Assembly (NCBI GenBank): GCA_950097015.1
Contig: CATNEN010000027.1
Location: 124,001 to 188,000 of the forward strand
Source of the DNA: Macrostomum hystrix
Lineage: Eukaryota; Animalia; Platyhelminthes
Reading direction: 5' to 3'
DNA: 64,000 nucleotides
Part shown: one piece after another, positions 62,605 to 64,000 of the stretch
Layout: every line of letters starts with the position of its first letter
Position numbering within the stretch: position 1 is the stretch's first letter
Program-made: the position numbers and the translations under genes
The notes under the pieces: generated by a model
Databases searched by the model: none
What the model saw: only the letters and a program-made list of their open reading frames with translations
What the model was told of the DNA's origin: nothing

Positions 62605-63295
62605 AACAACTGTGGGATTCCCCTTAACTGCAACAGCCTGGACTGTGGGATTCCCCTTAACTGCAACAGCTTGAACAGTGGGATTCCCTCACATGAAACG
62701 ACCTGGACTGTCGGGATTCCCCTCAACTGCAACAGCCTGGACTGTGGGATTCCCCTCAACTGAAACAACCTGGACTGTCGGGATTCCCCTCAACTGCAAC
62801 AGCCTGGACTGTCGGATTCTCCTCAACTGCAACAGCCTGGACTGTCGAATTCTCCTCAACTGCAACAACCTGGACTGTCGGATTCCCCTCAACTGCAACA
62901 ACCTGGACTGTCGGATTCCCCTCAACTGCAACAACCTGGACTGTAGGATTCCCCTCAACTGCAACAACCTGGACTGTCGGATTCTCCTCAACTGCAACAA
63001 CCTGAACTGTCGGATTCTCCTCAACTGCAACAACCTGGACTGTCGGATTCTCCTCAACTGCAACAACCTGGACTGTCGGATTCTCCTCAACTGCAACAAC
63101 CTGGACTGTCGGATTCCCCTGAACTGCAATAACCTGGGCTGTAGGATTCCCTTCAACTGCAACAGCCTGGACTGTGGGATTCCCCTCAACTGCAACAGCC
63201 TGGACTGTGGGATTCCCCTCAACTGCAACAACCTGGACTGTCGGATTCCCCTCAACTGCAACAACCTGGGCTGTAGGATTCCCCCCTACTAAAAC
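62605..63295. repeat. 33-bp minisatellite
   Basis: GGATTCCCCTCAACTGCAACAACCTGGACTGTC; source of the LNCNNLDCRIP pseudo-ORF. Confidence 0.93.
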
Positions 63296-63636
63296 AACCT
63301 GCATTGTGGGATATTCTCTTTTGGTATTCAGGATTGCTGTTTTGGTTGCAGTTTTAAATCCTAGTTTGTGTTAGCGTGATCTATTTAAACAATAATTAAG
63401 ACTGAAAGTATCAATTCATTCTAATAGTTGTTGTGTATTTTAGAACATATGTTTAAGAGATAATCGCATTCTAATATTTATAGTTAGTATTTCATAGGTG
63501 ATATTGCTGCAAAATATATGCGATTTGTCTGTTCGACTTATGCTTTATTCAATTTAGCTCTCTTTTTATTACTTTATATAGTAATTACTAATTATAATTG
63601 ATCAACACCTGCCCCAATTCGGCCATGTGCAGCCCA

Positions 63637-63850
63637 CGGCACAGCCGCAGCTATTGCTCGGTGCATCTGAAGGCTGCGTACGCCTGTTCAGTCCATGGAC
63701 TGGGGGGACGCCAAACCCACCCTTAATTACCCCAGCTGATGCTGGTACCCATTTAACAGCTGGGTGAACTGAAGCAATGCAGAGTTAAGTGTCATGCTAA
63801 ATGATACAAATTGTTACAGTTAAGTTGGGAATCGAACCGCCGACCTTCCT
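63637..63850 (-). mobile_element. SINE family B copy (lacking A-box end)
   Basis: Reverse complement AGGTCGGCGGTTCGATTCCC...GACACTTAACTCTGCATTGCTTCAGTTCACCCAGCTGTTAAATGGGTACC. Confidence 0.78.
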
Positions 63851-63857
63851 CCTAGGA

Positions 63858-63970
63858 GGGGTTGTAGCCTAGTGGTTAGAGCGTCGGACTTCCCCTCTGT
63901 AGGTCTGAACTTGGCTGAACAGCCGTGCGCAGCCTTTGAGATGCGCCGCGCAATAGCTGCGACCGGTTTT
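63858..63970 (+). mobile_element. SINE family B, internally deleted copy, head-to-head with previous
   Basis: Head GGGGTTGTAGCCTAGTGGTTAGAGCGTCGGACT joined to tail GCGCAATAGCTGCG. Confidence 0.6.
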
Positions 63971-64000
63971 AGAGTCCATGTGTTTGATGAATAGAGTTTA

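Noticed and set aside
62678-63304. LRR-like or Cys-repeat ORFs (LNCNNLDCRIP)
   Set aside because: Open in several frames on both strands because the 33-bp unit is a multiple of 3; no unique coding flanks.

Overview
Eukaryotic (animal) genomic DNA with GC-rich exons and introns filled by minisatellites. The style resembles the flatworm Macrostomum lignano, but that is inference and not proven. Exons were reconstructed by hand from GT-AG sites and frame continuity. Genes found: a Dpr/ZIG-8-like two-Ig cell-surface protein (-; 15067 to ~303); an ELAV/Hu-family RNA-binding protein with RRM1+RRM2 and no detectable RRM3 (-; 28009-18375); a TMEM8/PGAP6 (myomaker-family) EGF+7TM protein (+; 35841-42175, first exon not found); NEK9 (-; 51219-48372) head-to-head with PRPF19 (+; 52322-55952); COX19 (+); and two orphan ORFs. 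Mobile DNA: a broken Tc1 transposon with ~260-bp TIRs, two tRNA-derived SINE families (one with a CORE-like domain), and a frameshifted, possibly tyrosine-recombinase-like relic. About 30 distinct tandem arrays are present. The most unusual structure is the second Ig exon of the Dpr-like gene: it is a 318-nt frame-symmetric exon forming the loop of a ~4-kb palindrome made of two oppositely oriented arrays of the same 22-bp unit. This predicts a long intronic RNA duplex, and possibly exon skipping or a circRNA with a stop-free reading frame. There is no CRISPR array, rRNA or intact tRNA.
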